This document shows, one piece after another, positions 14,054 through 28,200 of a DNA stretch of 64,000 nt. The notes below the pieces were generated by a model. That model was not told where the DNA came from. It ran no database searches and worked only from the letters and a program-made list of their open reading frames with translations. The stretch is from contig NC_068987.1 of assembly GCF_001194135.2 (NCBI RefSeq), forward strand, positions 69,716,065 through 69,780,064, written 5' to 3'. The stretch's first letter is position 1; each line of letters opens with the position of its first letter. This DNA comes from Octopus bimaculoides (lineage: Eukaryota). The translations under genes were made by a program, and so were the position numbers.

Positions 14054-15699
14054 NNNNNNNNNNNNNNNNNNNNNNNNNNNNNNNNNNNNNNNNNNNNNNN
14101 NNNNNNNNNNNNNNNNNNNNNNNNNNNNNNNNNNNNNNNNNNNNNNNNNNNNNNNNNNNNNNNNNNNNNNNNNNNNNNNNNNNNNNNNNNNNNNNNNNNN
14201 NNNNNNNNNNNNNNNNNNNNNNNNNNNNNNNNNNNNNNNNNNNNNNNNNNNNNNNNNNNNNNNNNNNNNNNNNNNNNNNNNNNNNNNNNNNNNNNNNNNN
14301 NNNNNNNNNNNNNNNNNNNNNNNNNNNNNNNNNNNNNNNNNNNNNNNNNNNNNNNNNNNNNNNNNNNNNNNNNNNNNNNNNNNNNNNNNNNNNNNNNNNN
14401 NNNNNNNNNNNNNNNNNNNNNNNNNNNNNNNNNNNNNNNNNNNNNNNNNNNNNNNNNNNNNNNNNNNNNNNNNNNNNNNNNNNNNNNNNNNNNNNNNNNN
14501 NNNNNNNNNNNNNNNNNNNNNNNNNNNNNNNNNNNNNNNNNNNNNNNNNNNNNNNNNNNNNNNNNNNNNNNNNNNNNNNNNNNNNNNNNNNNNNNNNNNN
14601 NNNNNNNNNNNNNNNNNNNGCATATATATATATATATGTGTGTGTAATATATATATATATAAATGTTTGTGTGGTGTGTATGTGTGTGAGTGTATACAAA
14701 TCTACACATATTCGCATATATATATTGTGCATGTGTGTGTGTATAGACAATGATGATAAGTTAAAGTGCAAAGGCGATCAAAGACATTCACCTATATATA
14801 TACCTATACCAATGAGAGCGTGCAAAATATGCATGTATGTATATATGCATGTATGTATTATGTACTTTATATCAAGTTTATATCTGTGTGTGTGAGTGAA
14901 TGTAATAATTCAGTTATGTGTGGCAATATTCTGTTTGTCTGAGGCAGTAGTAGCGCTATTAAAACATCTGAAGTCACGGAGCCATCCTCCGTGGATTCAA
15001 AAGGCGAGGCAGTAATACTGTTCCGTGTTTATCAGTCCGGGAATATTCATTCATTCACCTCTCTAATACTTTCATCCGAAATGAAATTGTTATGAGCAAT
15101 GGAAATGAGGTGGATCTATAAATATATTGCACTTTGAAGGTATTAACATATTTATGTACGCTTGTGCGTGTATGTGTATGAGTGTCGTTTGCTTGTGTGT
15201 TCAAGTATATTTCTATATGTGCATGAATGTGAGAGTCTATGCAGGTTTAAGTGTGCTGTTGGTGTTGTTGTGTGTGTGTTTGTGTGTCATTGTATGTATG
15301 TAATAATGACTATTTTCAGCTGAGAGCTTGAACCTTTTATACGCTTCCTATTCATATATGCCTTAAACAGATAGGACAATAAATAAAAAGAGCTCTCTTT
15401 GAGTTTTATGTCCATTATATCATTCGTCGGTGTATAGCGCTGCCGTTTATAGAAAACCTAGGATTATGTACAGCCGTTGACCAGGTTAACAAGCTCGTGC
15501 TGTGGACAAACTTCATTTTGTTTAAAGACCCCCTCAGCGAAAACAAGGTGTCATTCAAAAGTTTTCAACCGTTGCCTATTCTAGCAACGCAATCAGTACG
15601 GGTTGGTCAATTGGGAAGTCAAGCATGAAACTGTAAAACATAGCCAGTTCTAAACTATCCGTATGTAGTCAACATGTTCAGCAATTGAGTAGCAATGGA

Positions 15700-16430
15700 A
15701 GAATTCTAACCTTAACAAGGCTATTCCCGCCAGGCAATGGACAAATTTATAAATCTATAATCATTGAAAATGAACAAGCAGATACTTGAAGAAGAATATC
15801 AGGTCACCTTTATGTTCTCCGCTCTGACTTACAATTTACGTAATATTATCTTTACGAGGCTGCTCTATTTTGCATAATGTCCATGCTTTTCCCATGTGTT
15901 TCCATTCTACATATTATTCAGATTATATGCTATCGGCAGTCAACATGTTATTCTCTTCAAATAGCGTGCGCAATCTACATAATAAGGTGTCTTTTGAAGT
16001 GTACCTAATCTATCCTCTTCATAAACAGTCTCCAATTTATATATTGCCTTTTATCAAAGGCATTACAAAAGCTATTCCCAACAAGGATTAACTTTCAGAC
16101 ACTGATTTCCCAGCGAAAACAGCCTATGTATATGTGGATAATATTGAAAACCGATCGGAATAAGTCCTGTACTAACACCGCCTCTACGAACAGCATTGGC
16201 AGCACAAGCCAACACGGGCACCTCTACGTGGCCACATGACTTACTAGAAGTAGCAGCCAAATTTTGCACAAGTAACATTCTGAGTAAAGAATACATGCAA
16301 CGCTGTGAACCAAGATATATGAAATTGTTAGATAGTCATAGATGGAAAGAAGTCAATGAGAATAGGACTTCTATTGCCCAGAATTGATATGGAATTAAGT
16401 AGAGAAGAATCTTTCTGGAGACGAAGTGCT
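15700..16430 (+). mobile_element. Possible highly decayed RTE-clade LINE reverse transcriptase relic
   Basis: Scattered, frameshifted peptides in the expected order resemble RTE ORF motifs: QIL..RRI (~15779), DYMLSAVNMLF (~15921), WQHKPT and LRGH (~16197-16236). By-eye match only. Confidence 0.3.
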
Positions 16431-16659
16431 AGACGGAAGTACTACTATTTTTTTTCATAGAACGATTTCACGGAGAAGAGAGATGATGCCTACATAAGAA
16501 AATGTTTACAAACATGAAAATACAGTAGTTTTACATATCTGCAGCACTGTTGTTAACGCCATGCCACACCATATTTGTACGCCTTCTACGATTTCAATGC
16601 ACTGAAGTCTCTGATAGCACATACTTAGCTACTAAGTACTACCTTCCACTATACTTCTG

Positions 16660-16692
<33 letters not shown>

Positions 16693-16700
16693 TTTGTGCT

Positions 16701-16851
16701 ATTTCTTTACTACCCACAAGGAGCTACACACAGAGGGGACAAACAAGGACAGACAAACGGATTAAGTCGATTATACCGACGCCAGTGCGTAACTGGTACT
16801 TATTTAATCGACCCCGAAAAGATGAAAGGCAAAGTCGACCTCGGCGGAATT
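16701..16851 (-). mobile_element. Type 1 SINE, young subfamily; 5' part lost in assembly gap
   Basis: About 7 differences over 151 nt from 22738-22888 (counted by eye); runs into N-gap at 16852. Confidence 0.92.
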
Positions 16852-16896
16852 NNNNNNNNNNNNNNNNNNNNNNNNNNNNNNNNNNNNNNNNNNNTC

Positions 16897-16937
<41 letters not shown>

Positions 16938-18532
16938 GTGTGTGTGTGCGTGTGTGTGTGTGTTTGTGTGTGTGTGGGTGTGTGTGTACGTAATTGTAGC
17001 ATGGTCTGATATTCATATATTTAGGATTTAGGATTTTGCTCCACGAAACTGGTTACAACTGGAAAATCTTCTCAAGCTCAACGACAACGCTGATCTACAA
17101 TTAGTGACGTTAAGGCATTTGCTATTGATAATCAAGAACCACAATAACTCCAACAACTACCAATACTCGACAGCTGCTTCTACTAGAAATTACACAGAGC
17201 CTGTGCCCTTTTACCACAAGTGTTCTTTAAAACGTAACGTAATTACTATCACAATAACGACTATCCTTCTCCCTGCTGTCCTCAGCATTTACAAATTGTC
17301 TAATTTCTGTAACAGAATCCTGACTGTAACTGTTGCAAAAATCGACAAAATAAGCACGAATATTAGCGAACCCACAAATATTACTATAACTAACGTTATT
17401 AAAACAGTGGCTCACAGCAGAGATATGGGGTATAAAGCATATATCGATATATATATTGCTTATTTTATATAATGACTACACCTGTGTGTACCACTCTGAA
17501 AATATACACCCTATTACAAAGACACATACACAACTATTAACAGTACTGTGAATATAAACTACAAACACTATATCTCAATCAGCTACTTATATTTACCACA
17601 ATCATTATTAGCAACGCAACTAATGTTACAACCATCAATTCTCACACCACTAACAACAACACGTAAACCAATATCTACTCCAATTATTGCCGTTAAACAG
17701 GACCCCAACTACCTCTTCAGCTGATATTCATAATCATTGAAAATAATATATTCTTGATCTCTTTGTCAATGTTTTTCTAAAGACATATTACATGCAAAAA
17801 CCGCAGCAGATATTCGTTATTCTGAACATTTTACGCATAATTCTGTAATGTGAAAATAGTATACTCTTTCCAACACACTAGGTGCGATATAAGTATTTGC
17901 TTAATGCATAGACGATTTCAGAAACTCTCGAACAATAGAATACAATTGGCTACGATTTCTACCAATGTTGATTACAACGTCCTATTAAAATCTAAGTATT
18001 TTTAAGAAAATATTTTTTTTATTTCTGACTTCTTAATCGGTCGATAAATATATATTTAAGATTTCATTACCAACGATTTGTTCAAGAGTATATACGTATG
18101 CGTCTAGTGGCATAGATCTATACATACTTGCACACATTTCATATAGAAAATATTGCTAAAGAAATAAGAGTGTTTTAAAAGGATGCATCATATATAATAA
18201 ACCTAATAACTCAAGTCTGGAATTAGGTCCAATGGAAAACATTTCGAAGCAAAACCATCTACGAAGCATATTTTAAATATACAAATTCAAAAAATAAAGC
18301 TTTTGTATCTGTATTTGTGTGACTTCACGCAACACACAAGTCACAGATATACAAAAATACACACATGCACGCTCATATTGTCATATATACACATTGTCAT
18401 ATACACCCATACAGATGATTATATTTATGTAAACATTTTATGTATGTATTTATTTCCGATATGTTAGCAAGTGTAGTATTTTAATGAATCCATAAACCTT
18501 AACAAATATTCACATAGACATATACACACAAA

Positions 18533-18743
18533 AATGGTTCCAAAATTCGGCACAGGGTCAGAAGATTTTGAGTGGTGGGAAGTCAATTAGATCCTTTTCA
18601 GAACTTGATTGATACTTGCTATTTAGACCCAGAAAGAATGAAAGACAAAGTCGACCTCAGCGGAATTTGATCTCAGAACGTAATGACGGACGAAATGACT
18701 CTAAATCCAGGGTGCAAATGGTCGTACCAGCTCGCCGCCTTAA
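18533..18743 (-). mobile_element. Type 1 SINE, older copy
   Basis: Ends in ccagctcgccgcct (reverse complement of the SINE head); core aaagtcgacctcagcggaatttgatctcagaacg; possible TSD atatacRcacaaa at 18520-18532 and 18744-18756. Confidence 0.85.
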
Positions 18744-18872
18744 ATATACGCACAAATAAGGCATTCGAGACAATGGGAGAAATCATCCTTACTGCTAGAA
18801 ATAGCAGTCGAATCTATGTGAGTGACTGTTCTCAAGAAAGACGTGGTTTTTTGTTCTTCTGTCAACAAAAAG

Positions 18873-18906
18873 CGCCACAATCGATCGTAGAACGCCACAA
18901 TCGATC
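18873..18906. repeat. Short tandem duplication cgccacaatcgatc x2 (20-bp period)
   Basis: 18873-18886 and 18893-18906 are identical. Confidence 0.85.
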
Positions 18907-19057
18907 CAGTTATGGTGATGCTAAAATCCTGTTTCACCAATACACCAAACATTTGCTTGCATGAAGTTTTAAAGAAAACTGATGCAAGTATTTGGTTCTA
19001 ATAAAATGATTAATAACACATTAATGAGAAACTGATACAGGATAAGCTAGACAGATA

Positions 19058-19103
<46 letters not shown>

Positions 19104-20217
19104 GTGAGAGTGAGTGTGTGTATGAGAGAGAGAGAGGCTAACAGACTAACAGACAAATAGACAGAGATATGTGATGGAGTGACGAGCAATCAAAAATGCT
19201 AAATTATTTATTGTTTTGAGAATTTAAAACCAAACTATTCGAATGAAAGATAAATTATGATAATATGCACAAGTATTGTTTTGTTTTGTTTTATTTCAAA
19301 CAGAAAACTGTTGTGGGTAAGAGAAAGTAGATATAAAATATATTGTTTCAACAATACGATGAGAATGAAAATCCAACTGAGAGTAAAGACATTTGTATTC
19401 ATAATTTTAACGCAGTGAAATTTCTTTTTGTTCTGAAAGATTTGTACTTATTTACGTTCAAAAGTAGACCTATGGCCAAAATTGTTTCAGCTGCGATCAT
19501 TGTTTCAGGGTTTTTAAAAATTAATGCTAAAAATTCTACAAAACTCCTAAAAGTAGTAGTCAAAAATCTTCATTCTATAAAATCACTTACTATCGTCTGT
19601 AAAAAAAAAAAAAAAAACTGTTTGGATGACGTACTCGTGGATGGTGAAATACGCTGTTCATAAAGTGATTCTACAGTTCATAACAATAAAATACAAGTAA
19701 ATATATAAGACATGTTTGCAAATACGTAAAAGGGACAGACGAAACATGATCGGTGACGAGCTGCGTACGTACTAACGAGAAGTCTTACACGCCAACTATT
19801 TGATATAGTAGGCAAAAAATACCATTGACCATATTCTTTATCAAAATTTTACCTAGAATTGTCTACAAGTAAAACAAAAATCTTAAGCCCAGTTTCAGAA
19901 TAACCTTACTACAACCCCCATATTTCTGCACTTGTTAATGTTCAGGTTGTAAATTTCTGTATATTTCAAAATCACACGAACTCACAACAGTGCCAAAAAT
20001 ATTTTCATACTTTGTTTTTCATAGGAGCTGATATCTTTTTAAATGGGACACCATGAATATTTGTTTAGGATTAAGTGATTATTTTCTTGTCATTTATTTA
20101 TTTATTTATTTTTCATCTTAATATTATTGCTTGAAAGAAATCTCATAAACGACTATAATTGATTGAATCGGGGAAAATATATGAGAATTTGAAAGCCGAA
20201 AAGAAGACAACTCTGAG

Positions 20218-20219
<2 letters not shown>

Positions 20220-20288
<69 letters not shown>
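20220..20288. repeat. (CA)n microsatellite
   Basis: Direct reading. Confidence 0.95.
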
Positions 20289-20290
<2 letters not shown>

Positions 20291-20859
20291 GTATTTTAAA
20301 GTGAAAAATAAAATAAAATGTGTGCATATGTTCATCAATGTATTTCGTAAAATTTGAGGATTTTATGCTTGTGCGCGAGTGTATGTGTAAGTGTGCGTGT
20401 GTAACATAACGCATGGATATAGAAAGTAAGAAAAGAAGCAGGACAAAGAGAAAGAGAGGGAGTGGGAGAGAGAGAGAGATGGCGAGAAAAAATCGGAGCG
20501 AGGGAGGGGAGAGAAAGAGTTAAAAGAAACGAGGTTGTAAGAGAATGTGCAGTGATATGGGTGCGCGTGCCGCATGGCAAAGCATGGCTGATAAGGGTTA
20601 GGTTGTTAGGGTGTTGCAGTCAGATATAGTAAATGATGGGTCACAGAGGGTAACAGTATATACGGAGGAAAGGAGAGGGTGAGCATACAGAGAAAGAGAG
20701 AGAGAGAGAGAAAGACAATGGGGTAGAGGGATATCTGTGTGTGTGTATGTGTATGTGTATGCGTAAAAGATAATTAATATGTTGCAGAATGTGGAAGAAC
20801 TACAAAGAAATCGTGAAAGCAAGAAGGATTCTATCTGAAGCGATGTGTGTGTGCTTTTG

Positions 20860-21405
20860 TGTCCCCCACTCTCTCTCATTCTCTCCGTCTCTCCCTTTCT
20901 CTCCCTTTCTCTCTCTCTCTCTCTCTCTGTTCCTCCGTGCATATATGTATGAATGTGTGGTCTTATATGTGTGTGAGTGTGCGTGTATGTGTGTGTGTTT
21001 GTGCGTGTTTGTGTACATATATATATATATGTAAATATGTATATGCGTGTGTGTATGTGCGTGTGAGTGTGTGTGTGTGAGAGAGAGAGAGTGAAAGAGA
21101 GAGTGAGAGACAGAGAGAGAGCATGCACACTAATGTATTCATGTGTTGGCTAGACATAAATCGAGAGGGAAAAACTCATTTTGGTAGAGAAGTATGAGTG
21201 CAAACATATTTTAATGAGCCGGCGAGGGTGGAGAGGAGAGGAGAGAAACAAGGAGACAGAGGAACAAGGAAAGTCGGTTGAAAACGAAAACTGAGAAGTG
21301 GAGAGAATTGATAAAAAGAAAGAAGTAGAAATCATGACGCGAGGGAAAATGAGAAACGGTAACAGAGACAAAGAGAGAGAAAGATAGATAGATAAATAGA
21401 CAGAA

Positions 21406-21448
<43 letters not shown>

Positions 21449-21720
21449 TCAAGGTGTGAGTGAAAGGGAAAGAACGACAGAGACAGCGACACCGGGAGAA
21501 AGGAAGACTAATACACACACACAGGGGAGAAAAAGAAAGATAAAGAGAAAAAGAGAATTTGAGAGAAAGCCCGAAAAAGACAGAGGAACATATTGGAGCT
21601 GATCGAAGCGTGTGGTATGCGCCCGTGTGTTGTGTGTGTGTGTGTGTGTTTGAGTGAGAGTGTATGAGTGTGTGTCCGTGTGTATGTGGGAGAGAGAGAG
21701 AGGGAGAGAGAAGGAGTAGG
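20860..21720. repeat. Compound CT/TG/GA/GATA low-complexity region
   Basis: Direct reading; source of many spurious SLSL/ERER/HTHT ORFs. Confidence 0.85.
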
Positions 21721-22036
21721 GAATGAGAATGGAGGAGAAAGTTGGGATATTTTAAAACGAAAGGTTTAGGGGAAAGGAATTTATGCGTGTTTGAAGACTA
21801 TAAAAGTAGAGAGTGAATGCCAAAGGTCACAATGGGGCAAGAGAGGAACAAAGAAGCGGGGGGATATAATGCACTTGTGTATGTATGTGTGCATGTACGA
21901 GTGTATGCGTATGATGTGTTTGCTATACGTAAGCGCCCCTTTATTGCATCTGTGTTTGTTGATGAAGGAAACGTGGATTTGTGCGTGCTTGAAAGAAATA
22001 GATATTTAAATGAGCAGAGAAAAGGCGGTGGTGTTG

Positions 22037-22094
<58 letters not shown>

Positions 22095-22483
22095 GGGGAT
22101 GAGGAAGAGGAAGCTGTGTGTGCGTATGTTTCAATACAACAACCTATATGTGCGTGCCTGTGTAAATGTTTTTTGATTCCTTGCATATGTGTGTGAATGT
22201 GATTGGAACGCAATAAAGAATATTCGTAAAAAGTCAGTAAAAAGAGAAAGCAATGTGTTTGTAAATATAATTGTAAAAATTTTGACATGTGTAAATGTAA
22301 ATATCAGAGCTTTAAATGGCAGACACATGAGGATATCTTCTGAAAAACTGGTTTCCTATCCACTCCGGGTTAAAAACTTTCCATCATATACGGTAACGAA
22401 TACCCCCAGTAACATTGATTAGTAATTTAGGTACAAGGGGCCTTATTTTCGTTGGGTGCTATATTCAATTTTATGAACCTCAC

Positions 22484-22555
22484 TCCCCAATACTTGAGTG
22501 GAGTTTATCGATCCAGTTGAATGAAATTCAAAGTAGATTTTGATGGGATTTCAAC
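22484..22555 (-). mobile_element. Very degenerate type 1 SINE core fragment
   Basis: ccccaatacttgagtggagtttatcgatcc..atgaaattcaaagtagattttgatgggatttcaac is collinear with the SINE core. Confidence 0.35.
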
Positions 22556-22736
22556 ACAAATTAAAGAGCCTTAATTGTGTATTGTTCATTACCGTCCGAC
22601 AAATTCTTCTATTCTGGCGTTCTGCACAACTAGTAATATTGATTTCTAGCTTTGATGCAGACCATGTATTAGGTAGGAAGTATCAGGTCGGTAAAATGAT
22701 AATATATGATTTGAAGTTCTTTTGGCTGTCATTTCT

Positions 22737-22967
22737 TATTTCTTTACTGCCCACAAGGAGTTACACACAGAGGGGACAAACAAGGACAGACAAACGGATT
22801 AAGTTAATTATATCGACCCCAGTGCGTAACTGGTACTTATTTAATCGACCCCGAAAGGATGAAAGGCAAAGTCGACCTCGGCGGAATTTCAACTCAGAAC
22901 ATAGCGGCAGACGAAATACAGCTAAGCATTTCGCCCGGCATGCTAACGCTTCTGCCAGCTCGCCGCC
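22737..22967 (-). mobile_element. Full-length young type 1 tRNA-derived SINE with 14-bp TSD
   Basis: TSD tggctgtcatttct at 22723-22736 and 22968-22981; on the minus strand it starts ggcggcgagctggcagaagcgttagc with B-box-like gagttgaaatt. Confidence 0.95.
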
Positions 22968-23745
22968 TGGCTGTCATTTCTACGAGTCGAACGTCCATGT
23001 ATTTCGAGGTATATTTGTATATTTGATGCGAATATGGAATGAAAGCATGTGCAAAATGTATCTAATCAAGAAGCATAAAGATAGAACCTGCATAATGAAA
23101 GTATTTCTGAGTATTGTGGCATTGTTACCATTCTCTGTTCTACCATATTTGACGTACCCCTAATCTCTACAAGGGTACGGTTAGAATATATTTCGTTTAT
23201 TGTTGTATTTTTTTACGTCCCTCCACGATCCTCAAGCTTTTGTCTTTTTTTTTCGTTTCGTAATATCAATGTCATCAAAGCATCTTAATATTTTGATAAA
23301 TGCTTCCTTTCTGATTGAAAAATTATAATTCATTCTACTCTGTCATTCATTTTCTCTCATTGATTCTTTTTTCTGTCTTCCGTTTTTATTTGTTGTCTAA
23401 TTAGCTTCAGTTTTAAATTACTAATAACACAACAACTTTATCAATTATTTTATTATTGAAGCTACTTCGTTACCTGTTCAACTTTTCTCTATTTAATAAC
23501 TTTTCTTACTAACAGATAAAACGCACACACACATTCTGTAACACCCACAAATCCAAATATTCCCTTCTTCGCATTTCGTTCATTCATTCACTGAATAAAA
23601 TACTTGCTCAAACATATATTTTAGTTTTGTTCGGATATATTTTATCTAAACGTAATCTTATTCTATCATCACATTCCATCCGCCACTTTTATCTGCTATT
23701 TATAAAATGCATTTTCACTTATTCTCTCATTTCTAATTTTCTCTA

Positions 23746-23746
<1 letters not shown>

Positions 23747-23785
<39 letters not shown>

Positions 23786-23955
23786 ATACACACACACATA
23801 CACACAAACACACACACATACACACACACACATACACATACACACACACATACACACAAACACACACACACACACACACACACACGCAGGCACCAGGCGC
23901 GCACACACACACACACACATACAAATTCGCACATACATAGTATCATACACACACA
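23747..23955. repeat. Imperfect (CA)n/(CATA) array
   Basis: Direct reading. Confidence 0.9.
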
Positions 23956-24898
23956 TTCACTCCTCTCGTTTTCTTTCTCAAGCTCTTTCTATATCACAAC
24001 TTATTCTGGTCTAACGTCTTACATTTTATCATCTAATTTTTTCTTTCATTGTAAAGTCTCTCACACATATTCCGTTTTACAATCGCCTATAAGCTCATGC
24101 AGTTACATTTGCCATCGTTTTCTGACCTTCTTTCCTTCTGTGACACATATAAAACTCAACTATGTATCACAAGCGCAAAGAACTTAACTTTTCTTAATTT
24201 CTATTTCTCTTTCTCACCTTTTCATATCCCCCCTCTCTCTCTCTCTCTGCCACTTGCTAATTCATGTTTGAGTCATGTTTTATTTACTGCTCTATGAAGC
24301 TTTTGACTCGTTATTTGAATCCGAAATACAAGAAGATGCCAAAGAAACTTGGAGAGAATGACATACATCTAGAGAATAAAGACATAACTGATAGGAAAAA
24401 AAAATGTCTGTCAGGATGTTTGTTCAGTTGAGTAAAGCAATATGTAGACTGGTGTTTTTCGCTTATTGCAGCTGCCTCAACAACAAATAATAGATGATGA
24501 TGGTGGTAGTGGTGGTGGCAGTGTTGGTGGTGGTTTTTGCGGTGGTAGTTGTGGAGGTTGTGGTTGGGGTCGTCGTAGTCGTGGTCATGGTGACGTCGGT
24601 GGTGGTGATCCGATGGTAATAGAGTTATCGTGTAACAATGATCGCAGAAGACCCCAAAATACGTATATGGGAAAAAGGCAAAATCAAATGTATAAAGAGA
24701 AATATGAAATAAAAGACCGAAAAGAATGATGCAGACATGGAAGAATTGTTAATCTATTGGATCTCATAAAAAAAAACTGTGATATATTGCTCAGAATTAG
24801 TCGTGGCTTCTAAATTTGCAAATATGTAATAGTAATTATCGTTGTGAACACCGGACACCGAATCACTATTGTCAGATGAGTGTCAGGTCAGTACTTTT

Positions 24899-25256
24899 GA
24901 AGCTTACAAATATGAGAAAAATATCAGGCCTACACATTATATGTATGTATGTATGTATTTTTGTATGCATGCATATATGTAATTATGTATGTATGCATGT
25001 ATGTATGTATGTATGTATATGTATGCATGTATGTATGTATGTATGCATGCATGCATGCATGTATGTACTNNNNNNNNNNNNNNNNGAAGCTTACAAATAT
25101 GAGAAAAATATCAGGCCTACACATTATATGTATGTATGTATGTATTTTTGTATGCATGCATATATGTAATTATGTATGTATGCATGTATGTATGTATGTA
25201 TGTATATGTATGCATGTATGTATGTATGTATGCATGCATGCATGCATGTATGTACT
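24899..25256. repeat. 171-bp exact duplication either side of a 16-N gap; probable assembly artefact
   Basis: 24899-25069 equals 25086-25256; N at 25070-25085. Confidence 0.85.
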
Positions 25257-28200
25257 GGGCTCAAATCTCATTTGCGGACCCATGAAAAACGAACCTCCAC
25301 CAACTACTCTACCTATCTATTTGTGCATACCTGTCAATGTCATGTACGCCATGAGGTCTGCAAATCTAACGAAGGCCCCAAAAGTCATTTAGATTGGATA
25401 CTAAAAATATGTATGATTTAATTAATAATTTATCATATCCATGAATTGTATAAAAGATATGCAAGCCTATGTATGTCCACAAAGAACCGAAGCTTACATG
25501 GAATATATCACCACTTCTCTTATATTTGTCATAACGTTAAAAATCTAAAGTTTATGTAGTTGAATTTCCAATTTCTTCAATATATACAGCTGCTTAAATA
25601 CAATTCAGTTCAAGCGCATTGATACACAAGAACATTTTTTTTATATTAAGTAATTATTTTATTGTTTATGATAAATATCGAATCACGCATCAAATAGTAC
25701 TTCAGATTCTACAGTCTAATGAAAAACCAAGTAGATTGTATTATCTTAACCACGGTACATAAACATATATGCAAGATTTCACTGGAAACTATTGTTTTAC
25801 TGTAGTCATTTCAGCTAGATTCACTTTTTTAACGTGGTTTAACGTGATTAGCCTCTCGCATTCTTTTATAAATAGTATATGTGCATCAGCTTACAAATTT
25901 CTCATTACATCAGATGAAAGCGTAATGTCTATGATAAAAAGCGTATTTTCCCACCACCTTCTAGTTGTGAATTTAGCAAACATAATTTTTTAAATTTTTA
26001 AGTCGAATGAAGATGATAGTCAATTAGTTGACAGCCTGTCAGACTTGTACAGGAAGTTCAAAAGTTTATCGCCCAAATTTCTGGATGTTCGAGCTTAATT
26101 GCTTTTCGTGAGCTATATGATCATTTAGCTTGCTTTTGGGTAGAATGTCTACAATTTTCGTGCATTATTTCATATATATTAGAAATCGAAGCCCATATTG
26201 ACATACATGCACACAGTTATATATACACATGCATTCGCAAAAACATGCAAATTCATACATACAATAATATGATGTGATATGCTAACATGAATGCACACGC
26301 ATGCATACTTGTGCAGCTACATCCATACTTACATACATATGTACCTAGTTGACCTTCTCTAAGTTCTATTAATGTGTCCTTTTTTTATTTTGGCTAAAAA
26401 AGAATTTTAATATTGTACGTGCCTTTCATTAAAATCGCTCGTAAATTTAATTTTTTCGATAATATGGAATTTCCACCCATCTCAAATTAACATATAATAA
26501 AATATATCAATGATAAAAATAAAAGATATTGAAAAATGCCGGCAATTATGTGATATAAGGTAAATGAGGTTAAAGCCGAGGCAATTACTGGTTAAACAAT
26601 ACAGAAATATAAGAGAAGTAACAGAATTTTTGAATTATCACTACAGTTTGCACGGTTGGAAGCTGGAAGAATTTGATTAGTTACTAATGAGAGTGTGAAT
26701 TCATTTAGTTATTTAGTCAAGTTTTCTATACATGTTGCTAAAAGGAATACATATTTCTTCATCATTTCCTTGAACCCCGCGTTCTTTACTCAGAATTCCG
26801 TACCCATTTTGGTAATCAGCATGTCTGGTTTCATAGACAGAACTCATAAAATGATATAAAACCAACATTTATTGTCACATTACGACAGCAGTAATTTGAC
26901 ACTGTAGTAAATTGGTTCATTAACAACAAGGAAATCGATATTTTTCCGTTCGAAGTCCTCAACCCATCAACACGTAAGCAAATTGAGAATTGTAACAATA
27001 TCTTGTGTGTTGCAGCAATGGACAATGGATAAATCCTTTAAGTAAACCTTTTGTAATCAACTTTTTAATAACGTTGAAACTATACACACATATACAATAG
27101 GCTTTTCGTTGCAGCTGAGTTTTTATTGGTTCCTTTATGTAGATATTCTTTCTCTTCAATTCAAACACTGCACCGCCTACATGCACTCATATTAGCATCC
27201 CCACCCCGCGCGCGCACACACACCATGCACACACTCGCACACTCACACACATTGGCACCTATTTATCTCTAACCATACGGAAGATACTATTTTCACCCTT
27301 ACCAAATAGAATCTTTTGTGAAAAGGAGGTTTAATTACTCCAAACCGTTATTATATCAACGCTGGATTCTATCATCTTTCTGACACTGCAGTCATGTGAC
27401 TAAAGACTCGGCTATGAAAGTGTCACCGGCATGTCATCCATTTTAGGATTCATGATTTTCTAATGTTTATTTCCAATATTATCGGATCCACCACACAATA
27501 TTATCGCCATCATCGCTGTGATTGCCATCGTAAATATCGTTCTACTTTCGTCGTGACAATTGTTATTGTGGCTTAAACTATTCCCCCTCTCATAATGTCT
27601 ACGTCTCAGTATACACATTTCTCTACAGAAATATGTTAGAGAAATGGGAGTACGTATTCGCATATTAATATAATCATAACGAAATAAAGCGTATAGATAT
27701 TTGAAGTAATGAAAACACGAATACTGGCTGGCACTTCAAACAGAATTTAAATTTACACAAAAGCAGGTAATTACAGAAAATAGTAAAAACTAACAAACAC
27801 TCAACTAAATGGAACCAATGAAATTTCCCAACATATCGGTACAAATTAAAGATGCCGTTTGTACGAAAACAAACTCTTTGGAAACATATCCAAATATTCT
27901 ATCCAAATACCTAATCATGCATCTGTGGGTTGATGCAATACGCTTGCATATCTTGGGCTCAAGCCAAAGTGAATCAGATGGAAATAGCTGAGAAAACGGG
28001 CACAACTGTATATAATTTCCTATAATGACAAGAGAATCATTTAGAGAAAGAATCAACACAGTTGTTATTATTTACTCCCAACTCTGATCAATCAGACCTA
28101 CGATCAAAGGCATTCCTGTCTTAACTGTCCTTTTTTTTCTATTTTTGTTTTCGCAGACATGAATGTAGGACTCCTCCATATAATATTCCCTTTATCAGAC

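Noticed and set aside
17104-17472. 122-aa Thr/Asn/Ile-rich ORF
   Set aside because: Lies in a decayed trinucleotide tract; no recognisable domain or splice context.
19304-19316. Micro-exon-like AG..GT pairs (19304-19316; also 56644-56659) and strong lone acceptors (28156, 30238)
   Set aside because: Lengths not divisible by three or frames close quickly; such signals arise by chance in AT-rich DNA.
22540-23163. 207-aa ORF
   Set aside because: Runs through the antisense of the young SINE; the same peptide appears at 16662-17009.
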